Part shown: positions 8,646 through 17,191 of the stretch, piece by piece
Numbering within the stretch: the first letter of the stretch is position 1
How the letters are laid out: the number at the start of each line of letters is the position of its first letter
Source of the DNA: Nannocystales bacterium
GTDB taxonomy: Bacteria > Myxococcota_A > Polyangia > Nannocystales > Nannocystaceae
Direction: 5' to 3'
NCBI GenBank assembly: GCA_050633305.1
Contig: JBOEGF010000004.1
Coordinates: 64,001 to 128,000, forward strand
Length of the DNA: 64,000 nucleotides
Translations under genes and position numbers: made by a program
The notes under the pieces: generated by a model
Database searches by the model: none
The model's input: only the letters and a program-made list of their open reading frames with translations
What the model was told of the DNA's origin: nothing

Positions 8646-11600
8646 TCACCCGTGGACGAGGCTGTAGACGCGTTTCACGAGCAGGTACGACACGCCGCAG
8701 AACAAGCACAGCGAGGTGAGCATCGCGGCGGCACCAGGGACGCCCGCGAACTCGAGCAGCGACTTGATGGGGATCGGGAACGCCGCGAGGATGTAGAAGA
8801 GCAAGGAGAGCTGTCCGATGGTCGAGACCACTTTGAGCAGCCACTGAGCCCCGCCTGCAAGGTTGTTGTAGCGCCGTGTCGCCACCATCAGCCCGCTGAT
8901 CGTCACCATGACGAGTCCCACGTAGAACACCCACTTGGTCAGGCAGTTCTTCGAGGGCCAGTACGTCAGCTCGACGTACTCGCCGGTGATCACCCCGAAG
9001 ACCAACGCAGCCGCGATCACGATGAGACCGCCGCGTAGAAGGTTCTTCGGCGCATCGGGCTCTTCGCCGTGGTGCTTGATGTACGTGCCAAGAGCCAGAC
9101 CGACGAACACCAGGCTCATCATGTCGAAGTAGGCGAACTTGGCCTCCAGCATCAGGCGTACCAGCTGCAGGAACCCGGTCACTTTCACGTCGACCAACAA
9201 CACGTCGAGCAACGCCTGAATGGCCGCAGAGGCGGCCGCCAGCCCGAGCAAGAATCGCATGCGGTGCCGGGGGCTCTGTGTGACGCGGGTGGTCAGAGAG
9301 AACCACAGCGGGATGGTCGCAACACCGAGCGTGTAGAACAGCAGCGGGGAGAAGAACGCGACGAAGAAGACGTGGTCGTCGAAGGGGACCTGCTTGATGA
9401 AGACCTTGACGAGGACCGCCAAGAGCCCAAGAAGCACCGACCCGCTGCCGACCAGCAGGACGGCGGTCCGCATCGCGGCGCGGACCCGCTTCGGGTTGGT
9501 CTCAAACACCGGGAGCTGGAGGTACCCGAGCCCCACGCCGAACGTGATCGCGAAGCCTGGCGTGCCGTACGAGAACAGCGGAGAGAGGGCCTTTGCGATG
9601 ATGCTGAAGGCGGCGGGCAGGCGGTCGAACAGCGCGATGGACCAGTGGCCCGCCACCACCATGAAGATCAAGACGCCGCGCAGAGCGTTGACCATGATGT
9701 TGTTCGCGTAGCCGAGGTTGAGCGGGGCGGGCTCGTCCTTGGTCGGTGTTGCCGGGGTGGGAGCCGCCGCCGCTGCGCTGGCTTCCGCCGCCGCTCGCTC
9801 GGACGCACTGGCCTCGGCGAGCTGACGAATGGTGGCGCCCTGGAAGATGGAGCGGCAGATCGATGGGTCGATTCCGGCACGCCCCATCCGCATGATCACG
9901 TTCAGGGCCGTGAGGGAGTCCCCGCCGAGGTCGTAGAAGCTCTCGTCGAGTCCGATGTCTTCGACCCCGAGCGCCTCTTTCCAGATGGTGGCGAGCTCGT
10001 CGGTCTGGGCCCCGCTGGGCGCGGGGGCCGGCTCGGGAGCCGCAGCCTCGGCGAGCTGACGGATGGTGGCGCCCTGGAAAATGGAACGGCAGATCGATGG
10101 ATCGATTCCGGCACGCCCCATTCGCATGATGACGTTCAGTGCGGTGAGGGAGTCCCCGCCGAGGTCGTAGAAGCTCTCGTCGAGTCCGATGTCTTCGACT
10201 CCAAGCGCCTCCTTCCAGATCGTTGCGAGTTCGTCGGTGCGGGCCTCGCTGGGGTCGGGAGTTGCGGGGGGGGCGGGCTCGGGCGAGGCAGCCTCAGCGA
10301 GTTGACGGATGGTGGCGCCCTGGAAGATCGAGCGGCAGATCGAGGGGTCGATGCCGGCACGACCCATGCGCATGATGACGTTGAGTGCGGTGAGAGAGTC
10401 GCCACCGAGGTCGTAGAAACTCTCGTCGAGCCCGATGTCGTCGACGCCCAGCGCTTCTTTCCAGATCTTCTGGAGTTCCTGGGTCTGGGCATCGCGTGCC
10501 GAGGGGGCGACGGTGGCGTCCGTGGCCGGACGGGGGGCCACAGGGCGCGCCGCAGCGGGAGCCGGCGCATGGGTCTCGACCCATTGTGCCGTCAGCTTTC
10601 GCCGTTGGACTTTGCCTGAGGCCGTGCGGGGCAGGGCGTCGACCGTCATCGTGTCGATGGCTCCGCGCGCATTCAGCCCCTGCGCTTCGGCGGCCTTGTC
10701 GACGGCCTCGCGGAGGACGGCTTGGTCCACGTCCGCGTCGGTGGCGACACTGATGAGGAGCCCGTCGCCACGAATGGGGTCGGGCTTGCGGGAGATGGCA
10801 AACTCAGCGGCGCCCACGGTCTGTCGAACCTGGGTCTCGAGGAGTTCGGGCGAGAGCTTGATGCCGCCGCAGTTGATGAGATCGTCCGCGCGACCTCCGA
10901 AGAACAGGTTGCCGTCGCGAATCGAACCGAGGTCCTGGGTCTCATACCAGCCCTCATCGTCGACAGCGGGTTGAGCTTCGCCGTCGATCCACAGGCTCTT
11001 CGCGACGTGGGGGCCGCGGATCTTGATCCGGCCGTCGTCGGTGAGCGCGACCTCGGCTTTTCCGTACGCGCGACCGACCGACTCGAGCGCGTCGCCTTCC
11101 GCGGAATGGACCTCGAGGAACGTGGTGCGTGACGCTTCGGTGAGGCCGTAGTGCTGAACGATCTTAGCCTGCGGGAACAGCTCTCGGACCGCGATCTTTT
11201 CGTCGCGGCTCATGTACTGGCTGCCGATCTCGATCCAGCGGACCCCCTCGCCGAGCCCCTCGAACATCGGGCGGGCGTCGAGGAGGACACGCCACAAACT
11301 GGGGACCGCCGAGATGGCGTTGATCTCCCCCTTCTTGAGCATGTCCGCGACCTCGAGAGGGTCGAGTCCGTTCTGCGGGAGGTAGGCTCGCCCGCCCACG
11401 GACGCGACGGCGCGGCAGCGCCCGAAGCCGAACGAGTGGTAGACCGGAATGCCGACGTACTCGCGGATCTCGGAGGTCACCTCCATCACGCCGTTGAGCC
11501 GTTCGACCACATCGGCGAGGGCGGCATGGGTGAGCTCGACGCCCTTGGGTCGGCCCTCAGTGCCGGAGGTGAACAGAAGCTGTGCGGTCTCTTCGTCGTG

Positions 11601-11810
11601 ATGGGGATCGTACGACCACGACGCCCATCCACACTCCGGTGCGGGCTCGATGACCTCCTCGATCGCGGCGAACGATCGACGGTCGTGGTCGTCCGCGCTG
11701 CGGAGCGGAACCATCACCCGCCGCTGTTGCAAGAGTTGGAACGCCTGCTCGACGAAATCGACGGAATGTGTTGCGACGATGCCGACGGGAGACCGCGTTG
11801 AAGACCTCAT
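8646..11810 (-). CDS. Fusion: adenylation (AMP-binding) domain + 3 acyl/peptidyl carrier domains + AT3/OpgC-like multi-pass membrane acyltransferase
   Basis: FTSGTEGRPKG, YGLTEAS, TQDLG, GRADDLIN, LPRTASGK; 3x FYDLGGDSL; VNALRGVLIFMVVAGH then many hydrophobic segments. Start 11810 or 11828 (the 11903 start overlaps the CapA-family gene). Confidence 0.85.
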   Translation of the reverse strand: MRSSTRSPVGIVATHSVDFVEQAFQLLQQRRVMVPLRSADDHDRRSFAAIEEVIEPAPECGWASWSYDPHHDEETAQLLFTSGTEGRPKGVELTHAALADVVERLNGVMEVTSEIREYVGIPVYHSFGFGRCRAVASVGGRAYLPQNGLDPLEVADMLKKGEINAISAVPSLWRVLLDARPMFEGLGEGVRWIEIGSQYMSRDEKIAVRELFPQAKIVQHYGLTEASRTTFLEVHSAEGDALESVGRAYGKAEVALTDDGRIKIRGPHVAKSLWIDGEAQPAVDDEGWYETQDLGSIRDGNLFFGGRADDLINCGGIKLSPELLETQVRQTVGAAEFAISRKPDPIRGDGLLISVATDADVDQAVLREAVDKAAEAQGLNARGAIDTMTVDALPRTASGKVQRRKLTAQWVETHAPAPAAARPVAPRPATDATVAPSARDAQTQELQKIWKEALGVDDIGLDESFYDLGGDSLTALNVIMRMGRAGIDPSICRSIFQGATIRQLAEAASPEPAPPATPDPSEARTDELATIWKEALGVEDIGLDESFYDLGGDSLTALNVIMRMGRAGIDPSICRSIFQGATIRQLAEAAAPEPAPAPSGAQTDELATIWKEALGVEDIGLDESFYDLGGDSLTALNVIMRMGRAGIDPSICRSIFQGATIRQLAEASASERAAAEASAAAAAPTPATPTKDEPAPLNLGYANNIMVNALRGVLIFMVVAGHWSIALFDRLPAAFSIIAKALSPLFSYGTPGFAITFGVGLGYLQLPVFETNPKRVRAAMRTAVLLVGSGSVLLGLLAVLVKVFIKQVPFDDHVFFVAFFSPLLFYTLGVATIPLWFSLTTRVTQSPRHRMRFLLGLAAASAAIQALLDVLLVDVKVTGFLQLVRLMLEAKFAYFDMMSLVFVGLALGTYIKHHGEEPDAPKNLLRGGLIVIAAALVFGVITGEYVELTYWPSKNCLTKWVFYVGLVMVTISGLMVATRRYNNLAGGAQWLLKVVSTIGQLSLLFYILAAFPIPIKSLLEFAGVPGAAAMLTSLCLFCGVSYLLVKRVYSLVHG
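9811..10484 (-). repeat. Three ~194-bp direct repeats encoding carrier-protein domains
   Basis: Copies begin (+ strand coordinates) at 9811, 10045 and 10291, separated by Pro/Ala-rich linkers. Confidence 0.95.
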
Positions 11811-11874
11811 AGTTTTCGCGGGCACCATACGTCCGCATCCTGCGCCAAGGCAATCGAATGGCGCCGCCGCGGAG

Positions 11875-13209
11875 TCACGGGGACGGGGCTCGTGCGGAGC
11901 CACATTGCGGTCGCACGTTCACCGGAAGCTCGGGCGGTAGAATGCTCGAGGGCCCGAGCAAGTCGACCAGCAGCTTTCGTGCGTCCTGGGGTCCGTGGAC
12001 GCGATCGATCGCTTCGACAAAGAACGCCTTCTTGTCGCCTTCCATGCGGACGTGGAGCGGCACGTACCGCGCACCGACCACGCGGACGCCCTCGTCGGTC
12101 TTCGCCAGCCCGAGATACAGGATGACCGTGGAACGTCGGTTGAGTGTGCGTTGGTGGCTAAAGAAATTCCCCAACGAATAGAAAACGAAGCCTTGGCGGC
12201 CGTCCGCCGTGTCGCGAATCTCCCATGGCTCCACGACGTGCGGGTGAGAGCCGATGATCGCGGTGGCGCCCGCGTCGAGCCAACGTTGTGCGAACTTCCG
12301 CTGCCGCTCCCTGGGCTCGTGGGTGTACTCCTTGCCCCAATGCGGGGTCACGATCACCGCATCGACGTCCTTGCGTTTCTTCAGACGGCGGACCTGCTTG
12401 CGGACCGGATCGCCGGGCTCGAAGCAGTGCAGAACCTGCCCCAGGTCGTCTTTGCCGAAGTTGGTGTGCAAGGTGCACGACACCCAGGCGATGCGCATCC
12501 CCTTGGCCTCGGTGATCGCCCAAAACGGTTTCTCGGTTCCGGCGGGCCGGGTGCCCGTGTGCGCCAGCTTGCGCTTCCGAAGCTGGGCGAGGGTCCGGTC
12601 AATGCCCTCGGCGTCCCGGTCGAGGCTGTGGTTGTTGGCCGTCGACACTACGTCGAAACCGGCCTGGACGAGGTCGTCGAGAATGCTCGGGTGGATGTTG
12701 AACCGTGCGTAGCCGGAGTAGACCTGGTTGTCGAAGCGCCGGCCCGGATCTGCATGGGCCTCGTGGTCGCGGCCGAGTCCAGGCGCGGTCGGGGCCTCGA
12801 GGTTGCCGTAGGTGATGTCGGCGCCAGCGAGAAGGTCGGCGATGTTGGCCCACACGGCGCGAAACCCTTCGTCGGTGGCGTAGGCCTGCCGCTGGATTTC
12901 GCGGTGCCCCATGATGTCCCCAACCGCGGCGATCGTGACGACTTCGGTCGGCGCGCAAGGGTCGGTAAATGCCAAGACGTCCTCCGGCAAGGGGGTCGGC
13001 TCCGGCTCGGGTTCCGGCACGGCCTCGGGTTGCTCGGGCGGTTCGAGTGTCGTCTCCGGGGGTGCTGCATCCACGCCCCGTGCGGCACCGTCGGCCTCGG
13101 GCGCGGGGGGCTCGGGCGCCGCGGCGGCCTGCTCGGGTGCGGGGCGCGGTGCCGTGGTGGAGCAGCCGGCCGAGGCCAGGGCGACGAAGATGGTGGCGCA
13201 GCGGATCAC
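11875..13209 (-). CDS. CapA/PGA_cap family metallophosphoesterase-fold lipoprotein
   Basis: AVGD, GNLE, STANNHSLD, PHWGKEY, IIGSHPHV, YSLGNF; lipobox LASAGC; Pro/Glu linker; GTG start inferred. Confidence 0.9.
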   Translation of the reverse strand: MIRCATIFVALASAGCSTTAPRPAPEQAAAAPEPPAPEADGAARGVDAAPPETTLEPPEQPEAVPEPEPEPTPLPEDVLAFTDPCAPTEVVTIAAVGDIMGHREIQRQAYATDEGFRAVWANIADLLAGADITYGNLEAPTAPGLGRDHEAHADPGRRFDNQVYSGYARFNIHPSILDDLVQAGFDVVSTANNHSLDRDAEGIDRTLAQLRKRKLAHTGTRPAGTEKPFWAITEAKGMRIAWVSCTLHTNFGKDDLGQVLHCFEPGDPVRKQVRRLKKRKDVDAVIVTPHWGKEYTHEPRERQRKFAQRWLDAGATAIIGSHPHVVEPWEIRDTADGRQGFVFYSLGNFFSHQRTLNRRSTVILYLGLAKTDEGVRVVGARYVPLHVRMEGDKKAFFVEAIDRVHGPQDARKLLVDLLGPSSILPPELPVNVRPQCGSARAPSP

Positions 13210-13259
13210 GGGCGACGTGCACAAGCCTACCGCGCGGTGCATAGTCGCGCCGAGTCCCC

Positions 13260-13931
13260 GTGGAGCACGAGCACATCGACCCGAGTTCGCTTTCCGGCAT
13301 CGACGTCTACCGTCTGATGACCGATCTTGTGGCGCCGCGCCCGATCGCTTGGGTCTCCACGGTCAGCCCCGACGGGGCCGAGAACCTGGCCCCCTTCAGC
13401 TACTTTCAGGCGATGGGATCCCGCCCACCCACGGTGGTGTTGGGGTGTGGATGGACGCGCGCGGGCAAGCCCAAGGACACGCTGCGCAACATCCTCAACA
13501 CCCGAGAGTTCACGATCTCGCACGTCAGCGATGCGGTCGCCGAGGCGATGAATCTCACCTCGGTCGAGCTGCCGACGGGGGAGAGCGAGTGGGACTACGC
13601 GGCGGGGCAAACCGCGCTGTCGTCGTCGTCCGCGCAGGTCGTACGTCCTCCCCGGGTCGCGGAAGCGCGAGCATCGATGGAATGCCGCATGGTCCACGCA
13701 ATTCCGGTGGGGAAGACCAAGGCGGGCAGCCCGGCGTCGACCATCGTCGTGGGAGAGGTTGTCGCGTTTACGGTGGCCCCCGAACTTGTCCGTAGGGATG
13801 AGTCAGGTCACTTGTTGCCGATGGACCCCGCAGCCTTGGGCTCGGTCGGACGGCTGGGCGGGATCGCGTACACTCGCACCGAGGGCGTGTTCGAGCTTCC
13901 ACGCCCCAAGCCCCCCACGCAACAGTCTTGA
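13260..13931 (+). CDS. Flavin reductase-like (DIM6/NTAB) FMN-binding protein
   Basis: PRPIAWVST, NLAPFSYF, KDTLRNI...EFTI, GRLGG..Y. Confidence 0.9.
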   Translation: MEHEHIDPSSLSGIDVYRLMTDLVAPRPIAWVSTVSPDGAENLAPFSYFQAMGSRPPTVVLGCGWTRAGKPKDTLRNILNTREFTISHVSDAVAEAMNLTSVELPTGESEWDYAAGQTALSSSSAQVVRPPRVAEARASMECRMVHAIPVGKTKAGSPASTIVVGEVVAFTVAPELVRRDESGHLLPMDPAALGSVGRLGGIAYTRTEGVFELPRPKPPTQQS

Positions 13932-14908
13932 TGGACGCCTCACCCTCAGCTGCAACCGCCGTTCGCGACCGCCACTTGTTCGACGGGGTGCCCGACGAAG
14001 TCTCGATCTATGAGGTCGGGCCTCGCGACGGGCTTCAGAACGAGAAGGTCATCCTTCCGACCGAGCGCAAGCTCGAGTTGATCGAGGGCGCCGTCCAGTC
14101 GGGCATCAAGCGGGTGGAGATCACCAGCTTCGTGAACCCGCGCTGGATCCCCGCGATGGCCGACCACCTCGAGGTCGCAGCCGGGGTGAAAAAACACGAC
14201 GGGGTCTGCTACAGCGCGTTGGTCCCCAACATGCGGGGTCTCGATGGTGCGTCGCGAGCTGGCATGCAGGAGGTCGCGGTCTTCATGGCCGCGACCCAGA
14301 GCCACAACCGCAAGAACATCAACAAGACGACCGAAGACGCGCTCGAGACCTACAAGATCGTCGTCGGTGAGGCATTGTCTCGGGGCATGCGGGTGCGCGG
14401 CTACGTCAGCTGTGTCTACGGCTGTCCGTACGAAGGTCTCGTCTCCGTGGATGACGTGCGTCGAGTGGCCGACGGGCTGCTCGAGCTTGGCGTCTACGAG
14501 CTGAGCCTGGGTGACACAATCGGCGTTGGCACGCCACGACAGATCGAGCACGTGTTGCTGGGTTTGTTGGGCTCGGGCATCGAGCTGGACCAACTCGCGG
14601 TGCACTTCCACGACACCCGCGGCACGGCGCTCGCCAACATCGTGGTGGCGCTGCAGCACGGCATCAAGACCATCGACTGCGCGGTCGGGGGCCTCGGCGG
14701 CTGTCCCTACGCTCCCGGAGCGTCCGGCAACGTCGCGACCGAAGACGTCGTGTACATGCTTCAGGGCATGGGCGTGAAGACGGGCGTCGACCTCGACAAG
14801 CTCGTTTCGCACTCGGGCCGGCTCGGGGCTCAGCTCGCCCGAGAACTGCCCAGCAAGTACCTCAAGGCCCACCTGGGACACTGCGCCCGGCTCGGCAAGC
14901 CCGCGTAG
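13931..14908 (+). CDS. Hydroxymethylglutaryl-CoA lyase
   Basis: EVGPRDGLQNE, LGDTIGVGTP, VHFHDTRG, GGLGGCPYAPGASGNVATED. Confidence 0.95.
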   Translation: MDASPSAATAVRDRHLFDGVPDEVSIYEVGPRDGLQNEKVILPTERKLELIEGAVQSGIKRVEITSFVNPRWIPAMADHLEVAAGVKKHDGVCYSALVPNMRGLDGASRAGMQEVAVFMAATQSHNRKNINKTTEDALETYKIVVGEALSRGMRVRGYVSCVYGCPYEGLVSVDDVRRVADGLLELGVYELSLGDTIGVGTPRQIEHVLLGLLGSGIELDQLAVHFHDTRGTALANIVVALQHGIKTIDCAVGGLGGCPYAPGASGNVATEDVVYMLQGMGVKTGVDLDKLVSHSGRLGAQLARELPSKYLKAHLGHCARLGKPA

Positions 14909-14925
14909 CGGCCGGGCGTGGGCGC

Positions 14926-16005
14926 TCAGCCCTGCGGCCGCATCGTCATCGACTTGCGCTGGAAGATCAGCCGTTCCAGTGCGGTCTGAACGCCCGCCAC
15001 CAGCTTGTCGAGGCTGCCCGGCTCGACCGGGTTGTTGGCCCCGGACGCGAATACCAGCACGGGGACCTTGTCGCGGACCCGCACCGGGAGGACCAAGACG
15101 TTGCCTTCGATGCCACCCATCGCGCGGTCGAACGCGCGGTCGATGGCTCGGTCGGTCCGCCACGGGCCGAACGAGACCGTCGCGGTTCGGATGACGTCGG
15201 AGAAGACCGAGGGCCCGGCGGTGGGGATGCGAACCTGGGTGACCGCCTCTCGCACCACATCGTTGCCTCGGGCATCGCGGCCCTTGAGTTCGTCGCGGAG
15301 GTGGATGAACAGAATGACGCGGTCGAATCCCTCGCCGAGGAAGTCGAGCAGGACCTCCATGATGGTGTCGCGGTCGGACGCTGCGACGAGGCGGGGAAGG
15401 ACGGCCGCGAATGCCGCGGACGACAGCGCGGGAGCGTCGACGAGCGGATCCGCAGCTGGGGGCTCACCGCGCTCGGTGGCGGCGGGGATCTCCAACGGCG
15501 TCGGAGGCCCTTTGGAGGGGGCGGTGGGCTCGCCGTAGTAGTGACGAACCGCGCGTCGCAACACGCTGACGGGGGCGACGGCGCGCAACAGGTAGGCACC
15601 GGTGTGGTCCGCGACCGCGTTGACCGCCCGCTCGTCGGTCGGATCGGCCATCGCGAGAGTGAGGTTGCCGGCGTCATCGACGGACACGGGCAGCACACCG
15701 CCGGACCACGCGAGCTCGGCGGGCACCGCGGCCAGGGTCTCGGGTTCGATGCGCTTGAGCACTTCGGCGGTCGCGACCGGAATCATCAGGCGTGCACTGA
15801 GGAGTCGCAGGAGCGTCTCTTCGTCGGAGAGGCCGAGCTCGACCACCGAGACGAACGGTGCGCATCGATGTTTGCGACTGTAGGTGTCCACCAGGGCGAC
15901 GTCTTCGTCCCGGATATGCCCTGCGCGTCGGAGGATCGTGGTGAGGGTGCTCAAGCTGCCTGCGGTCCCGACCGCCAGGACACCACGGGTCGCGCGGAGG
16001 GTCAA
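14926..16005 (-). CDS. GspE/PilB N-terminal (MshEN/T2SSE_N-like) domain + C-terminal GAF-like domain, no ATPase
   Basis: VPAELA...VLPV...LTLAMADP.D is the T2SSE_N pattern; FDRVILF...VLVLPVRVRDKV..LVFA is GAF-like; start uncertain. Confidence 0.65.
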   Translation of the reverse strand: MTLRATRGVLAVGTAGSLSTLTTILRRAGHIRDEDVALVDTYSRKHRCAPFVSVVELGLSDEETLLRLLSARLMIPVATAEVLKRIEPETLAAVPAELAWSGGVLPVSVDDAGNLTLAMADPTDERAVNAVADHTGAYLLRAVAPVSVLRRAVRHYYGEPTAPSKGPPTPLEIPAATERGEPPAADPLVDAPALSSAAFAAVLPRLVAASDRDTIMEVLLDFLGEGFDRVILFIHLRDELKGRDARGNDVVREAVTQVRIPTAGPSVFSDVIRTATVSFGPWRTDRAIDRAFDRAMGGIEGNVLVLPVRVRDKVPVLVFASGANNPVEPGSLDKLVAGVQTALERLIFQRKSMTMRPQG

Positions 16006-16030
16006 CGCGGTGCGCTATCCTCCCGCGCTC

Positions 16031-17191
16031 GTGATCAACCTCGACCACAATGCGACGACGCCGCTGCACCCCAGTGTCCGGGATGCGCTGGTGGAGGTTC
16101 TGCAGAGGCCCGATTTGGGCAACCCTTCCAGCACGCACGGCCTAGGTCGGTCTTGCCGCGAGGTCGTCGAGGCGGCTCGTCGGGCTTTGGCCGGCGCTGT
16201 GGATGCCATCCCGCTGGGGGTCACGTTCACCAGCGGGGGGACAGAGGCGGACAATTTGGCGCTGCTGGGAGGCTCCGCGGCCTTGCGCACCGCGGGCAAG
16301 GCCCACGGCGTCGCGACCAGTCGCATCGAACATCCGGCGATCGTCGCGGCCGCGGAGGCCTTGGCGGCCCGGGGGGTTGCCGTCGAGTGGATTCCCGTGG
16401 CTGCTGATGGTTCGATCAGCGCGGAGGCGGTCGCCAAGGTGGTGAAGGCCAACCCCGAAATCGGCCTGGTGTCCGTGGCGGTGGCCAACCACGAGTTGGG
16501 CAACGTCCAACCGATCGCAGAGATCGTCGCTGCGGTTCGCAAGACCCGAGAGGGCATCTTGGTCCACACCGATGCGGTCCAAGCGTTCGGTAAGATCCCC
16601 GTGCGATTCGCGGAGTGGGGCGTCGATCTGCTCAGCGTCTCGGCCCACAAGATCTATGGTCCGACGGGCATCGGAGCGCTCATCCATCATACCCACCTCA
16701 AGCTCGATCCCCGGTCCTTTGGCGGCGCCCAGGAACGCGGTCGGCGGGTGGGGACCGAGAACTGGATGGGCGCGCACGGGTTCGGCGTCGCCGCCTCGCT
16801 CGTGGAGGAGGGGCTGCCTCAGATCGAGCAACTCGAGGTGCACCGTGAGGCTCTCCGGACGGCCGTGCGCTCTGCGGGTGGTCGGATCCACGGCTGCCCG
16901 ATGCTGCCCAACACGCTCAACTTCGGGTTCGATAACGCCCCCGGGGAACTCATGTGCATGAACCTCGATCTCGAGGGGATTGCGGCAAGCACGGGCTCGG
17001 CGTGCTCCGCGGGAAGCCTGGAGCCCTCCAAGGTCCTTCTGGGTCTCGGACTGCCCGTAGAGCGGGCCGCAGAGGCCGTTCGCGTGTCGATGGGCCGTTC
17101 CACGACCGCGGCGGATGTCGCGGCCTTGTCGGACATGCTACCCACCGTCGTCGAACGGGTCCGCCAGGCCCACCGCAGAGCGTCGTCATGA
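16031..17191 (+). CDS. iscS: Cysteine desulfurase (IscS/NifS type)
   Basis: LDHNATTP, GNPSS.H, FTSGGTEADN, HTDAVQ, SAHKIYGP (PLP Lys), STGSACS; GTG start inferred. Confidence 0.92.
   Translation: MINLDHNATTPLHPSVRDALVEVLQRPDLGNPSSTHGLGRSCREVVEAARRALAGAVDAIPLGVTFTSGGTEADNLALLGGSAALRTAGKAHGVATSRIEHPAIVAAAEALAARGVAVEWIPVAADGSISAEAVAKVVKANPEIGLVSVAVANHELGNVQPIAEIVAAVRKTREGILVHTDAVQAFGKIPVRFAEWGVDLLSVSAHKIYGPTGIGALIHHTHLKLDPRSFGGAQERGRRVGTENWMGAHGFGVAASLVEEGLPQIEQLEVHREALRTAVRSAGGRIHGCPMLPNTLNFGFDNAPGELMCMNLDLEGIAASTGSACSAGSLEPSKVLLGLGLPVERAAEAVRVSMGRSTTAADVAALSDMLPTVVERVRQAHRRASS

Noticed and set aside
9811..10484. Direct repeats as CRISPR array or mobile-element ends
   Set aside because: They are ~194 bp, in frame, and encode carrier domains; no cas or transposase genes nearby
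8646..11810. Classical NRPS/PKS or epsilon-poly-lysine synthetase
   Set aside because: No condensation, ketosynthase or thioesterase domain, and no large soluble domains between TM segments
11875..13209. Poly-gamma-glutamate synthesis operon
   Set aside because: capB/capC are absent from the window; lone CapA-family genes are common
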